DNA of 59,646 bases from Minisyncoccota bacterium (GTDB lineage Bacteria; Patescibacteriota; Minisyncoccia; Phycocordibacterales; PALSA-1337), in assembly GCA_036170235.1 (NCBI GenBank), contig JAVHOW010000001.1:1-59646 (forward strand), in the 5' to 3' direction. Numbering within the stretch: position 1 is the stretch's first letter; the number at the start of each line of letters is the position of its first letter. Of this stretch, positions 28,413 to 36,533 are shown piece by piece. Position numbers and translations under genes: made by a program. Under the pieces are notes generated by a model, which did not search any database, was not told the DNA's origin, and saw only the letters and a list, made by a program, of their open reading frames with translations.

Positions 28413-29519
28413 ATGAAGCTAGAAATTAATTGTAAAAAACTAAAAGACGCGGTAGCTCTTATTGAAAGGGTTGCAGGTAAACATCAAACACTACCAGTAC
28501 TTTCTTGTATTCTGTTTGAGGTTACAAAAAACCACCTTTTACTTAAAGCTACAAATCTAGATGTTGGAGTTGAGGTTTCAATACCAATAAAATCAGATGG
28601 TGATAGGGTTATAGCCTTACCAGCACATACAATTTCTTCTTTTTTGTCACAAATAAACGATCAAAACCAAATTGTTACTATAGAGATTGTTTCTGGTAAC
28701 GCGAATATAAAAACAAGTAAATCAAAAGGTGTCATAAAAACCTTACCACCAGAGGATTTTCCAAGTATTCCTAAAATACAAGATGGTCAAGAATACCAAA
28801 TTTCTCCAGAAGATTTCATTAACGGCTTTAATTCAGTGTTTTATAGCGCGTCAATTTCAAGTGTAAAACCAGAACTTTCCAGTGTATATGTATATAAAGA
28901 TGGTGAATATATAACATTTACCGCTACAGACTCATTCCGTCTAGCTGAAAAGAAAATAAAAACACAACTAGCCACAAAAATAAACGATGTTCTTATTCCT
29001 TTTAAAAACATCCAAGACATAATTCGAGTTCTAAGTAGCTTCAATTCAACAACAACGGTTCGTTCCAACAAAAACCTCATTTCATTTGAAAATAATGGAA
29101 CATATATCGTGTCACGAGTTATAGATGGGGTATTTCCTGATTACCGCCAAATTATTCCAAAAACATTCACCACAGAGGTAGTCGCTCTCAAACAAGATAT
29201 TCTCAACGCACTAAAAATATCCAACATTTTCTCTGATAAGTTCAACCAAGTTCATATAACCATAGACCCAAAAGATAAACTATTTGAAATACAGACAAAA
29301 AATAGCGATGTTGGTGAGAATCAAACGATCATTGATGCGGCTTTAACAGGGGATCGTATGGAAATAAACTTTAACTACAAATATGTCACTGACGGTTTTC
29401 AATCAATCAACTCCGATAGTGTTTCTCTACAATTAAATGGACTAAATAAGCCAGTTGTTATACGACCAATATCTGGAGATCAAACATTTTTGTACTTGGT
29501 GATGCCGATGAATCGTTAG
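28413..29519 (+). CDS. dnaN: DNA polymerase III beta sliding clamp
   Basis: 368 aa, three-domain clamp pattern (..TATDSFRLAEK.., ..FPDYRQIIP.., ..LYLVMPM), synteny after dnaA. Confidence 0.93.
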   Translation: MKLEINCKKLKDAVALIERVAGKHQTLPVLSCILFEVTKNHLLLKATNLDVGVEVSIPIKSDGDRVIALPAHTISSFLSQINDQNQIVTIEIVSGNANIKTSKSKGVIKTLPPEDFPSIPKIQDGQEYQISPEDFINGFNSVFYSASISSVKPELSSVYVYKDGEYITFTATDSFRLAEKKIKTQLATKINDVLIPFKNIQDIIRVLSSFNSTTTVRSNKNLISFENNGTYIVSRVIDGVFPDYRQIIPKTFTTEVVALKQDILNALKISNIFSDKFNQVHITIDPKDKLFEIQTKNSDVGENQTIIDAALTGDRMEINFNYKYVTDGFQSINSDSVSLQLNGLNKPVVIRPISGDQTFLYLVMPMNR

Positions 29520-29543
29520 ATAAAATACTCAAAAAACCTAGTT

Positions 29544-29804
29544 ATGCTTAAAATAGCAGATTTTTTTAAGAGAATACAAAATAAACATTCACAGGAGTTG
29601 TTTATTAGGTCTACAATTCAAGCAAGTATTAAAAAATACACCAAAGTTGAATTACCAATTGAATCCATATCACTAAAATCAGGGATTGTTTCATTAAAAG
29701 GAATTTCTCAAACAGCGCGATCACAGGTATTTATAAAGAAGCAAGCGATAATTGAAGAATTAAACTCTACACAAACAATTCGGATTGTTACTGATATTAG
29801 GTGA
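29544..29804 (+). CDS. Small DUF721/DciA-like protein (tentative)
   Basis: 86 aa directly after dnaN. The C-terminal pattern ..GIVSLKGISQTARSQVFIKKQAIIEELN...IVTDIR resembles DUF721 (DciA) proteins that occupy this position in many bacteria. By-eye match only. Confidence 0.35.
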   Translation: MLKIADFFKRIQNKHSQELFIRSTIQASIKKYTKVELPIESISLKSGIVSLKGISQTARSQVFIKKQAIIEELNSTQTIRIVTDIR

Positions 29805-29830
29805 TGTGCGAGGTGCGCTATAATTAACCC

Positions 29831-30304
29831 ATGAAAATACTTGGCATCGATCCAGGCTATGATCGTCTTGGTATAGCTGTAATAGAAAAACCACTCAAAG
29901 GCAAGGAAATTTTGTTGTACTCTGCTTGTTTACAAACATCAACAAAAGACACTATTTACCAACGTTTTGGAAAGATTGGCGCGGAAGTTCATAATGTTAT
30001 TGAAACTTTCAAACCAGACGCGTTGGCGATTGAAACACTTTTCATAACAAAAAACCAAAAAACAGCAATGCGTGTCAGTGAAGCGCGCGGAATCATCTTA
30101 TATGAAGCCCTCAAGGCCAAAGTCCCGATTTATGAATACACACCAATGCAAATCAAGGTGGCTGTGACCAGTGATGGTAATAGCGATAAAGAACGAATTA
30201 TAAAAATGGTTCGCATCCTTATTGATATACCCAAAAAAGAAGCAAAAGATGATGAATATGACGCTGTTGCCGTGGCGCTAACCCACGCCGCGTGTGTAAG
30301 GTAG
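29831..30304 (+). CDS. ruvC: Crossover junction endodeoxyribonuclease RuvC
   Basis: ILGIDPG..LG, ..AIETLF.., ..DEYDAVAVALTHA catalytic acidic residues. TATAAT 29819-29824 lies 6 nt before the ATG. Confidence 0.92.
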   Translation: MKILGIDPGYDRLGIAVIEKPLKGKEILLYSACLQTSTKDTIYQRFGKIGAEVHNVIETFKPDALAIETLFITKNQKTAMRVSEARGIILYEALKAKVPIYEYTPMQIKVAVTSDGNSDKERIIKMVRILIDIPKKEAKDDEYDAVAVALTHAACVR

Positions 30305-30392
30305 ATGGTTGCAGGGTTGTCCACAGTTTTGTTGCAAAAATAAACTATATTTGTTACAACTGTTTGCATAGAAATTAAATACATACATTTCC

Positions 30393-30668
30393 ATGCCAAT
30401 CGCAACAAAAAATGCGCGCATAAAAGTAAAAAAGGCAACCCCCAAAACAGATACTACCCATGAAGAAATTGGGCCTGAGATAGATCCTATTCCCGCAAAA
30501 AATAAAAAACTTGTTGAAATATATGAACCAGAGCCTATCATTGCTGGTGTAGAAGAAAAAATTGAAGAAGACCCATTGATTCCAGCAACCGAGGAAGAAG
30601 ATAGTGAGGAAGCTGTCAGCCTTGATGGTGAGGAACTTAACCCTTTTGGTGACCGTTGGGAGGAGTAG
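30393..30668 (+). CDS. Small highly acidic hypothetical protein
   Basis: 91-codon ORF, basic N-terminus then a Glu/Pro-rich tail. No family. Coding status uncertain. Confidence 0.35.
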   Translation: MPIATKNARIKVKKATPKTDTTHEEIGPEIDPIPAKNKKLVEIYEPEPIIAGVEEKIEEDPLIPATEEEDSEEAVSLDGEELNPFGDRWEE

Positions 30669-30669
30669 G

Positions 30670-30678
30670 TGCTATAAT
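30670..30678 (+). promoter_or_regulatory. Extended -10 (TGCTATAAT) 7 nt upstream of the ATG at 30686
   Basis: Perfect TGnTATAAT. Argues for the ATG 30686 start of PBP1A rather than TTG 30656. Confidence 0.55.
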
Positions 30679-30685
30679 AGTACTC

Positions 30686-33220
30686 ATGTCACATCATAAA
30701 AAAAAAATCCGTAGGCACCTCGGAAGGTTAATTGTCTTAGCTCTTTCTGCTTTTCTTATCATAGTCGGACTAGGTACTTTGTGGGTTGCCACATTGAAAA
30801 TGCCAGACCTCAACTCATTCCAAAATAGAAAAATAGTCGAGTCAACGAAAATATATGATCGTACCGGAACAATCCTTTTATATGATACTGGTAAGGACGC
30901 AAAAAGAACCGCGGTGGCTTTGGTACAGATATCTCCTTTCATACAACAAGCCAGTATTGCTATAGAGGACTCCAATTTTTATAAAAATATCGGTATTGAG
31001 CCAACATCTATTATTCGAGCTGTTATCGCAAATATAACCACTGGTGGATACGGTCAAGGAGCATCGACTATAACTCAGCAGGTGGTAAAAAACTCGCTTC
31101 TTACCACAGATAAAACACTTACTCGTAAAATCAAGGAATGGGTTATTGCTGTCAAACTGACCAAAATAATGTCAAAAGACCAAATACTCGAGACATATCT
31201 AAACGATACTTCGTATGGCGGAACAATTTTTGGGGTAGAGGAAGCTAGTCGTATTTTCTTTGGTAGTCCCGCGAAAGATGTCAGTCTAGCACAAGCTGCG
31301 TATTTAGCGGCTATACCACAGGCACCAACTTACTATTCTCCATACGGTACACACAGAAACGCTTTAGATGCTCGACACAAACTTGTTTTGCAAAGAATGA
31401 AGCAGTTGGGCGTCATATCCCAACCTGATTACGACACTGCTATAGCTGAAAAAGTTCAGTTTTTATCAAAAAATGACGGAAATATTCGCGCGCCTCATTT
31501 TGTTATGTTTGTAAAAGATCTTGTTACACAAAAGTATGGTGAGGATATGATAGCAAACGGAGGTCTTCGAGTTATAACCACCCTTGATTACGATATGCAA
31601 CAAAAAGCCGAAGCGGTTGTCACCAAGTTCGCTCCATCTCTAGAATCAAATTTCAATGCCAGCAACACGGCTATGGTTGCTATAGATCCAAAAACTGGCG
31701 ACATTTTGACTATGGTTGGTTCTAGAGATTATTTTAGTACCAAAATAGAAGGTAATTTCAACATCACCCTAGCCAAGCGCCAACCAGGTTCAACATTTAA
31801 ACCATTTGTATACGCAACTGCTTTCAAAAAAGGCTACACACCTGAAACGGTCCTTTTTGATGCTGAAACTGAATTTTCAACAAATTGTACCGTAGAAGGA
31901 AAACCTAAAAATCCCGCTGATGACCCGGTAAAAGTATGTTATTCACCAGATGAATACGATCACCGTTTTGAAGGACCACTTACTATCCGCCAAGCATTGG
32001 CTCAATCTCGCAACATTCCCGCGGTTAAAGCCCTTTATTTAGCAGGGATTGTGGATTCTATACAAACTGCCGAAGATATGGGCATAACAGGACTTAATGA
32101 TCCAAATAGATATGGTCTTACGCTTGTTTTGGGTGGCGGAGAAGTATCATTGCTTGATTTAACGAGTGCATATGGAGTATTTGCAAATGACGGACTACGC
32201 AACTCTTATAGGTCAATTTTGAGGGTTGAGGATAGTAAAGGGGACATTATTGAGAGTGTTGCTTCAACAACAAATCCAACACAAGCACTGGCACCGGAAA
32301 TCGCACGACAAATCTCCAGCATTCTTTCCGATACAAATGTGCGAATGGATAGTTTGAAACCTGTTGGAGAGAGTGTTGGTAGGACAGTCACAATAAAAAC
32401 AGGAACAACGAATGATTATCGCGATGTGTGGGCAGTTGGATACACGCCAAGTCTTGTGGTTGGTGCTTGGGCTGGGAAAAATGACAATACACCAATGCAA
32501 CATAATGTTGCTGGACTAATTATTGCTCCAGTTTGGGGCGCGTTCATGTCCCAAGTCGCGAAGAATTTTCCACCAGAAGATTTCCAATCTCCACCACCTC
32601 CTTTGTCAGATAATAAACCTGTTTTGCGTGGAGTATGGCAAGGTGGAGTATCTTATTGGAAGGATTCAATATCTGGAAAAGTAGCAACTGATCAAACTCC
32701 AGCCGAAACAAAAAAGGAGGTCATATTCAACAGTGTTCATACTATTTTAAATTGGATCAACAAAGATGATCCGCGTGGTCCAGCACCAACAGATCCAAAA
32801 AAAGATTCACAATATGATTATTGGGAATATGGCGTGAGAAAATGGTTCGATGGATATCAAAAAACACATTCTGACTTTAAAGAAACATCAGTGACTTTAG
32901 TTCCAACACAAACCGATGATACCCATACAGCTGAAAAAGCACCACATGTTTTGTTTGTTTCCCCACAACCAAATTCTAGTATTGGTGAAAAAGATACCCT
33001 GACCATTCATTTGCAGGTGTCTGGTGCATATCCTGCAAAAAAAACGGAGGTATACCTAAATGGTAAATACGTTTTGACTGCAGAAACAGATCCTCTTAAC
33101 ATCTCATTCTTTCCCGCTGATGTTGGAAATTTGTCAGACACCAATACGCTGGCGGTTACCGTGTACGATAGTGTATTCAATAAAGGTTTAGCGACGACTA
33201 CGTTTTCTATAGTTAAATAA
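30686..33220 (+). CDS. Bifunctional class A penicillin-binding protein (glycosyltransferase/transpeptidase)
   Basis: N-terminal TM. GT51 motifs (AIEDSNFYKN, GASTITQQVVKN, RKIKEW). Transpeptidase SxxK (PGSTFKP) and KTG (KTGTTND). Extra C-terminal about 200 aa. Confidence 0.92.
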   Translation: MSHHKKKIRRHLGRLIVLALSAFLIIVGLGTLWVATLKMPDLNSFQNRKIVESTKIYDRTGTILLYDTGKDAKRTAVALVQISPFIQQASIAIEDSNFYKNIGIEPTSIIRAVIANITTGGYGQGASTITQQVVKNSLLTTDKTLTRKIKEWVIAVKLTKIMSKDQILETYLNDTSYGGTIFGVEEASRIFFGSPAKDVSLAQAAYLAAIPQAPTYYSPYGTHRNALDARHKLVLQRMKQLGVISQPDYDTAIAEKVQFLSKNDGNIRAPHFVMFVKDLVTQKYGEDMIANGGLRVITTLDYDMQQKAEAVVTKFAPSLESNFNASNTAMVAIDPKTGDILTMVGSRDYFSTKIEGNFNITLAKRQPGSTFKPFVYATAFKKGYTPETVLFDAETEFSTNCTVEGKPKNPADDPVKVCYSPDEYDHRFEGPLTIRQALAQSRNIPAVKALYLAGIVDSIQTAEDMGITGLNDPNRYGLTLVLGGGEVSLLDLTSAYGVFANDGLRNSYRSILRVEDSKGDIIESVASTTNPTQALAPEIARQISSILSDTNVRMDSLKPVGESVGRTVTIKTGTTNDYRDVWAVGYTPSLVVGAWAGKNDNTPMQHNVAGLIIAPVWGAFMSQVAKNFPPEDFQSPPPPLSDNKPVLRGVWQGGVSYWKDSISGKVATDQTPAETKKEVIFNSVHTILNWINKDDPRGPAPTDPKKDSQYDYWEYGVRKWFDGYQKTHSDFKETSVTLVPTQTDDTHTAEKAPHVLFVSPQPNSSIGEKDTLTIHLQVSGAYPAKKTEVYLNGKYVLTAETDPLNISFFPADVGNLSDTNTLAVTVYDSVFNKGLATTTFSIVK

Positions 33221-33248
33221 AATCACGCGCCACATACTTAAAACAAAA

Positions 33249-33779
33249 TTACTCTGCATTCGTAAAAACAGATTGAACCTCATCATTTTCTTCTAATTCT
33301 TCTACAAGTTTGGTAAGAATTTCAATGTCGGCATCCTCAAGTGGCATAGTTGTGGTTGCTGTCCACGTAGCGTGATCTTTTTTGAATGCCCACGAGGCAC
33401 TACCAGGGGAGGCGAGTTCAAAACTGTGAAGCGAAAGGATGTGTTTGATTTCTTGCGCGGCCTTGTTTCTATTATCAGTTAAAGCTTCTATGAGAATAGC
33501 GACACCACCAGGACCATAAGTTTCGTAGACAATTGATTCCATCTCAGCAGAATTGTCGGTAGTTGCTTTTTTGATAGCACGGTCAATAGTGTCGTTTGGC
33601 ATGTTCTCACCACGAGCCTTTTCGATAGCGGCTACTAGGCTTGGTGACGACAAATTACCACCAGCTTTCTTGGCTTCAACAGTGATGAGGCGGACTAGTT
33701 TGCCAAAGTTCTTGCTCTTTTGAGCGTCGTTCTTGGCTTTGATATGTTTAATTTTTGAGTATTTGTTGTGGCCGGACAT
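33249..33779 (-). CDS. yebC: YebC/PmpR-family protein, compact form
   Basis: MSGHNKYSKIKHIKAKNDAQKSK.., ..YETYGPGGVAILIEALTDNRN.. match YebC. Only 176 aa versus about 240-250 aa: the segment corresponding to about residues 135-200 of E. coli YebC is missing. Confidence 0.8.
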   Translation of the reverse strand: MSGHNKYSKIKHIKAKNDAQKSKNFGKLVRLITVEAKKAGGNLSSPSLVAAIEKARGENMPNDTIDRAIKKATTDNSAEMESIVYETYGPGGVAILIEALTDNRNKAAQEIKHILSLHSFELASPGSASWAFKKDHATWTATTTMPLEDADIEILTKLVEELEENDEVQSVFTNAE

Positions 33780-33830
33780 AAGGGCAGTTTACAATGAAAA
33801 GTGTGTCCCTGCAAAGGCGGGGACGGGAAG

Positions 33831-34751
33831 CTACTTGTTTAGTTTTTTTGTGGCCTCCACCAACTCCTCACGATGCCTCTTTTGAAGTTGCTTTAATTCT
33901 TTTTTATGCCTTGATTGTATTTTCTTGATATCTTCAGCTCGTGGTAGAGACTCCGGGTATATGCCGCTTTTAACTAGTACCCCACGAACATTGGTGTTAT
34001 TGGTTACATGTTCTTGTAGAATACTACCTTTGCCCTGAAGATTTTTTCGACGCGTATTCTCTGAGGTTATAGAGGTTGCGAATTCTTTCGCAGAAATTGT
34101 TACTTCAGGAAGAACATCGGCCAAAGGTTTTATTTTTTCAATTCCAAGTTTCTTTTTCATATCATCAGTAGTTTTTCCACCAAACAAGGCTTTGTCGCCA
34201 AAGCTCCTGATTTCAGATATCCCCTGACCATCCACACCCCGATTGAATGCCAGGGCTGCAAAAGCCTTTTCGGTCAACGTCAGCTTTTCTCGAGAACCAA
34301 TTCTTTCAAACTCGGTCATTCTCTGCTAAATTACTTCCATTTTTCTGGTTTGGGTGACGAAATAGGCTTGGGCGAAGGCGACTTCTTGTTTTCTGGGGTC
34401 ACTATTTAAGGTGACTAGGTAACACGCGTATCTCGTTAATTTAACATCCTCGACCTCTTTTTCGGCTCCGCTACCTATCTTGACCATCTTCCTGACGCCA
34501 GGAAAATGGTTAGTAATAGAACCACCAGCATTTTCACAGGCTTCTTTAGCCCGTTGTATAGCTGTTAGGAAGTTTTCCCATTTGGTATAACCAAGTAAAG
34601 GATACAAATCTCGCGCATACCAATACTCTACGCCATTTTCGCGGCGCACATTATCAAAAGTTTGGTACAAAGATTGAAGTTGCGTGTTTTCCATATCATA
34701 AGTGTACACCTTCAAATAATTTTGGGAACTTCCGCGACCAATTTTTTTCAT
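33831..34751 (-). pseudogene. dinD: DNA-damage-inducible protein D (DinD) homolog interrupted by one in-frame TAG (34326-34328)
   Basis: ORFs 34326-34751 and 33831-34319 are in the same frame: ..RKMEVI-TAG-QR-MTEFER... The upstream part matches E. coli DinD (..RAKEACEN.G..I..HF...MVKIGS.A......L.RYACYLV....DP......AQ.YF..QTR). The downstream part continues the DinD C-terminal region. Confidence 0.7.
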
Positions 34752-34772
34752 ATAACTATAATATTAACACTG

Positions 34773-35783
34773 TTACAACAACTTCGCGGCACCCTTCTCA
34801 CCCATATGAGCATACGCCTTGTCAGTCGCAATTCTTCCTCTTGGAGTACGCTCAAGTAACCCCAACTGAATCAAGTATGGCTCATACACTTCTTCAATAG
34901 TTGCTTGTTCTTCAGAGAGAGCAGCCGCTATCGTATTTAATCCAACAGGACCACCTCCGAATTTATTTATTATGACTTTGAGTATCTCGCGATCGGCTCC
35001 AGTGAGACCAATAATATCCACACCAAGCATCGTCAAAGCTTTTTCAACAACTTCTTTGGTTAAAGTAGTTTTGTTTATTTGGGCATAGTCGCGACATCGT
35101 TTCAAATGGTAATTGGCTGTACGAGGTGTGAATCGTGAACGAACGGCTATTTCTTTGACAGCATCAGGGTGAATTTCTATATCTAAAATCTTTGCTGAAC
35201 GCTTAATAATTTCAGCTATCTCATTATCAGAATAAAATTCGAGCTTAAATACACCTCCAGAGAAGCGAGATCGTAGTGGCGAAGAAATCATGGCTATCCT
35301 GGTAGTCGCGGCAATTAAAGTAAACGGGGGTAGGTCGAGTTGAATCGTTCTTGCAGAAGGACCTTTGCCTATGATAATATCGAGCACTCCTGACTCCATT
35401 GCAGGATAAAGTACTTCTTCTATAGCTTTGTTGAGACGATGTATCTCATCTATAAAAAGAATGTCTCCAGCTGATAAGTTGGTGACGATTGAAGCGAGGT
35501 CGCCCACTTTGAGAATAGCTGGACCGGAAGTAACTTTCATTTGAGCGCCAGTTTCTTTTGCAATCAAATGAGCCAGAGTAGTCTTGCCGAGTCCAGGTGG
35601 ACCATAGAAAAGAATGTGTTCGGGGGGATGTTTTCGTTCTTGGGCGGCCGTAAGTAGGATGTGGAGGTTATCTTTGATGTTTTTCTGACCAATATATTCA
35701 TCCCAGCGTGCAGGTCGAAGAGTTTGGTCAAGAAAACCAACATCTTTATCGTCAGTAGGGGATTGTTGAATGGGTATTGACAT
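34773..35783 (-). CDS. ruvB: Holliday junction branch migration ATPase RuvB
   Basis: LRPARWDEYIGQ, Walker A GPPGLGKTT, Walker B ILFIDEIHRL, sensor ..TTR..., C-terminal winged helix. Confidence 0.96.
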   Translation of the reverse strand: MSIPIQQSPTDDKDVGFLDQTLRPARWDEYIGQKNIKDNLHILLTAAQERKHPPEHILFYGPPGLGKTTLAHLIAKETGAQMKVTSGPAILKVGDLASIVTNLSAGDILFIDEIHRLNKAIEEVLYPAMESGVLDIIIGKGPSARTIQLDLPPFTLIAATTRIAMISSPLRSRFSGGVFKLEFYSDNEIAEIIKRSAKILDIEIHPDAVKEIAVRSRFTPRTANYHLKRCRDYAQINKTTLTKEVVEKALTMLGVDIIGLTGADREILKVIINKFGGGPVGLNTIAAALSEEQATIEEVYEPYLIQLGLLERTPRGRIATDKAYAHMGEKGAAKLL

Positions 35784-35805
35784 TTTAATATGGTTATGCT
35801 AGTGT
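35777..35805 (+). promoter_or_regulatory. Sigma70-type promoter: TTGACA -17 nt- (TGc)TAGTGT driving the structured RNA locus
   Basis: Perfect -35 hexamer at 35777-35782, 17-nt spacer containing TG at 35797-35798, -10 TAGTGT at 35800-35805. Predicted TSS about 35812. Confidence 0.5.
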
Positions 35806-35811
35806 ACTAGT

Positions 35812-36100
35812 GAAGAAGCAGGATTTTGGATTCATGATTCAGGAATAGTCACAAGGCGCGCTTTGTGTTTATTCTTGAATCTTGAATCCTGCATCTTGTT
35901 TCAATGTGCTCAAATCGAGCTCGTGAACCTCTAAGCAATGGCCTTCCCAGGTTTGGGTATAGTGCTAAGGACATTATGGTTGTAACGCTTCGGTGTTACG
36001 TACTGGAATTATCCTCGGGACTCTACCTCGCTTGATGCATCACGCATCGAGATATTGCTTAGAGATTCTCGCGTTTGAACCTCTTGATTCAAACTTCTTC
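35812..36100 (+). ncRNA. Candidate about 290-nt structured non-coding RNA of unrecognised class
   Basis: 380-bp ORF-free gap. About 75-nt hairpin at 35818-35892 (5 bp + 18 bp + CACAA/TTGTG cap). 12-bp long-range helix 35929-35940/36053-36064, extended by 35920-35927/36066-36073. C(UUCG)G-capped hairpin 35982-35999. GATGC/GCATC hairpin 36034-36048. 3' hairpin 36073-36094 followed by TTCTTCT. G-U pairs (35842-35875, 35987-35994) would be C-A on the other strand, which favours + orientation. Confidence 0.5.
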
Positions 36101-36163
36101 TAATAAATAGCCTAGCGCTATCCACAGCTAAAAAGCAATTGACTATGGTGCTTTTTGTCTGGT

Positions 36164-36484
36164 TTAATATGTTAATTTGCCGTGCTCCTTGGCATCATTT
36201 TGAAAAGCTTTTTGTACCTGATTCAACGCATTTTGATGTACGAGTTTTTCCCGTTGAATACGGGCGATTTCTTGTTTTATTTTGTCGGCATCTGTTTTGT
36301 CTACATACATTGCATGCTGGTCATCTTCAATTTGTCTTCGCAATCTCGGCACCTCCTGTCCTTTTTTAAGAAGATCTTCTTGGGCTACACGAAACTTTTC
36401 TTGTAAGTCACGCAACTCCTGAGTCTCTTTTTGCATTTCGTCATGAAGATGTTTTATTGTTTCAGGAATATTCGTTTTTTGCAT
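36164..36484 (-). CDS. Small coiled-coil protein, unknown function
   Basis: 106 codons, heptad-rich charged sequence, 50 nt downstream of pilB on the same strand. Confidence 0.5.
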   Translation of the reverse strand: MQKTNIPETIKHLHDEMQKETQELRDLQEKFRVAQEDLLKKGQEVPRLRRQIEDDQHAMYVDKTDADKIKQEIARIQREKLVHQNALNQVQKAFQNDAKEHGKLTY

Positions 36485-36533
36485 GTTATTTTTTATTACT
36501 AAATTTTTAATTAAAAACAGATCACTTTAATAA

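Noticed and set aside
35823-35887. Heptad repeats (ATTTTGG/ATTCATG/ATTCAGG and CTTGAAT x2) as a possible mini CRISPR or tandem-repeat array.
   Set aside because: There are only 2-3 units of 7 nt, with no spacers. The two sets are mutually complementary and form the arms of one hairpin.
35812-36100. Assignment of the structured locus to tmRNA, SRP RNA, RNase P RNA, a T-box or a riboswitch.
   Set aside because: There are no tRNA-like ends or tag ORF. GAAGAAGCAGG resembles the SRP GGAAGCAG only superficially and lacks the tetraloop helix. RNase P RNA is at 55.4-55.8 kb. No downstream + strand gene exists for a cis-regulator.
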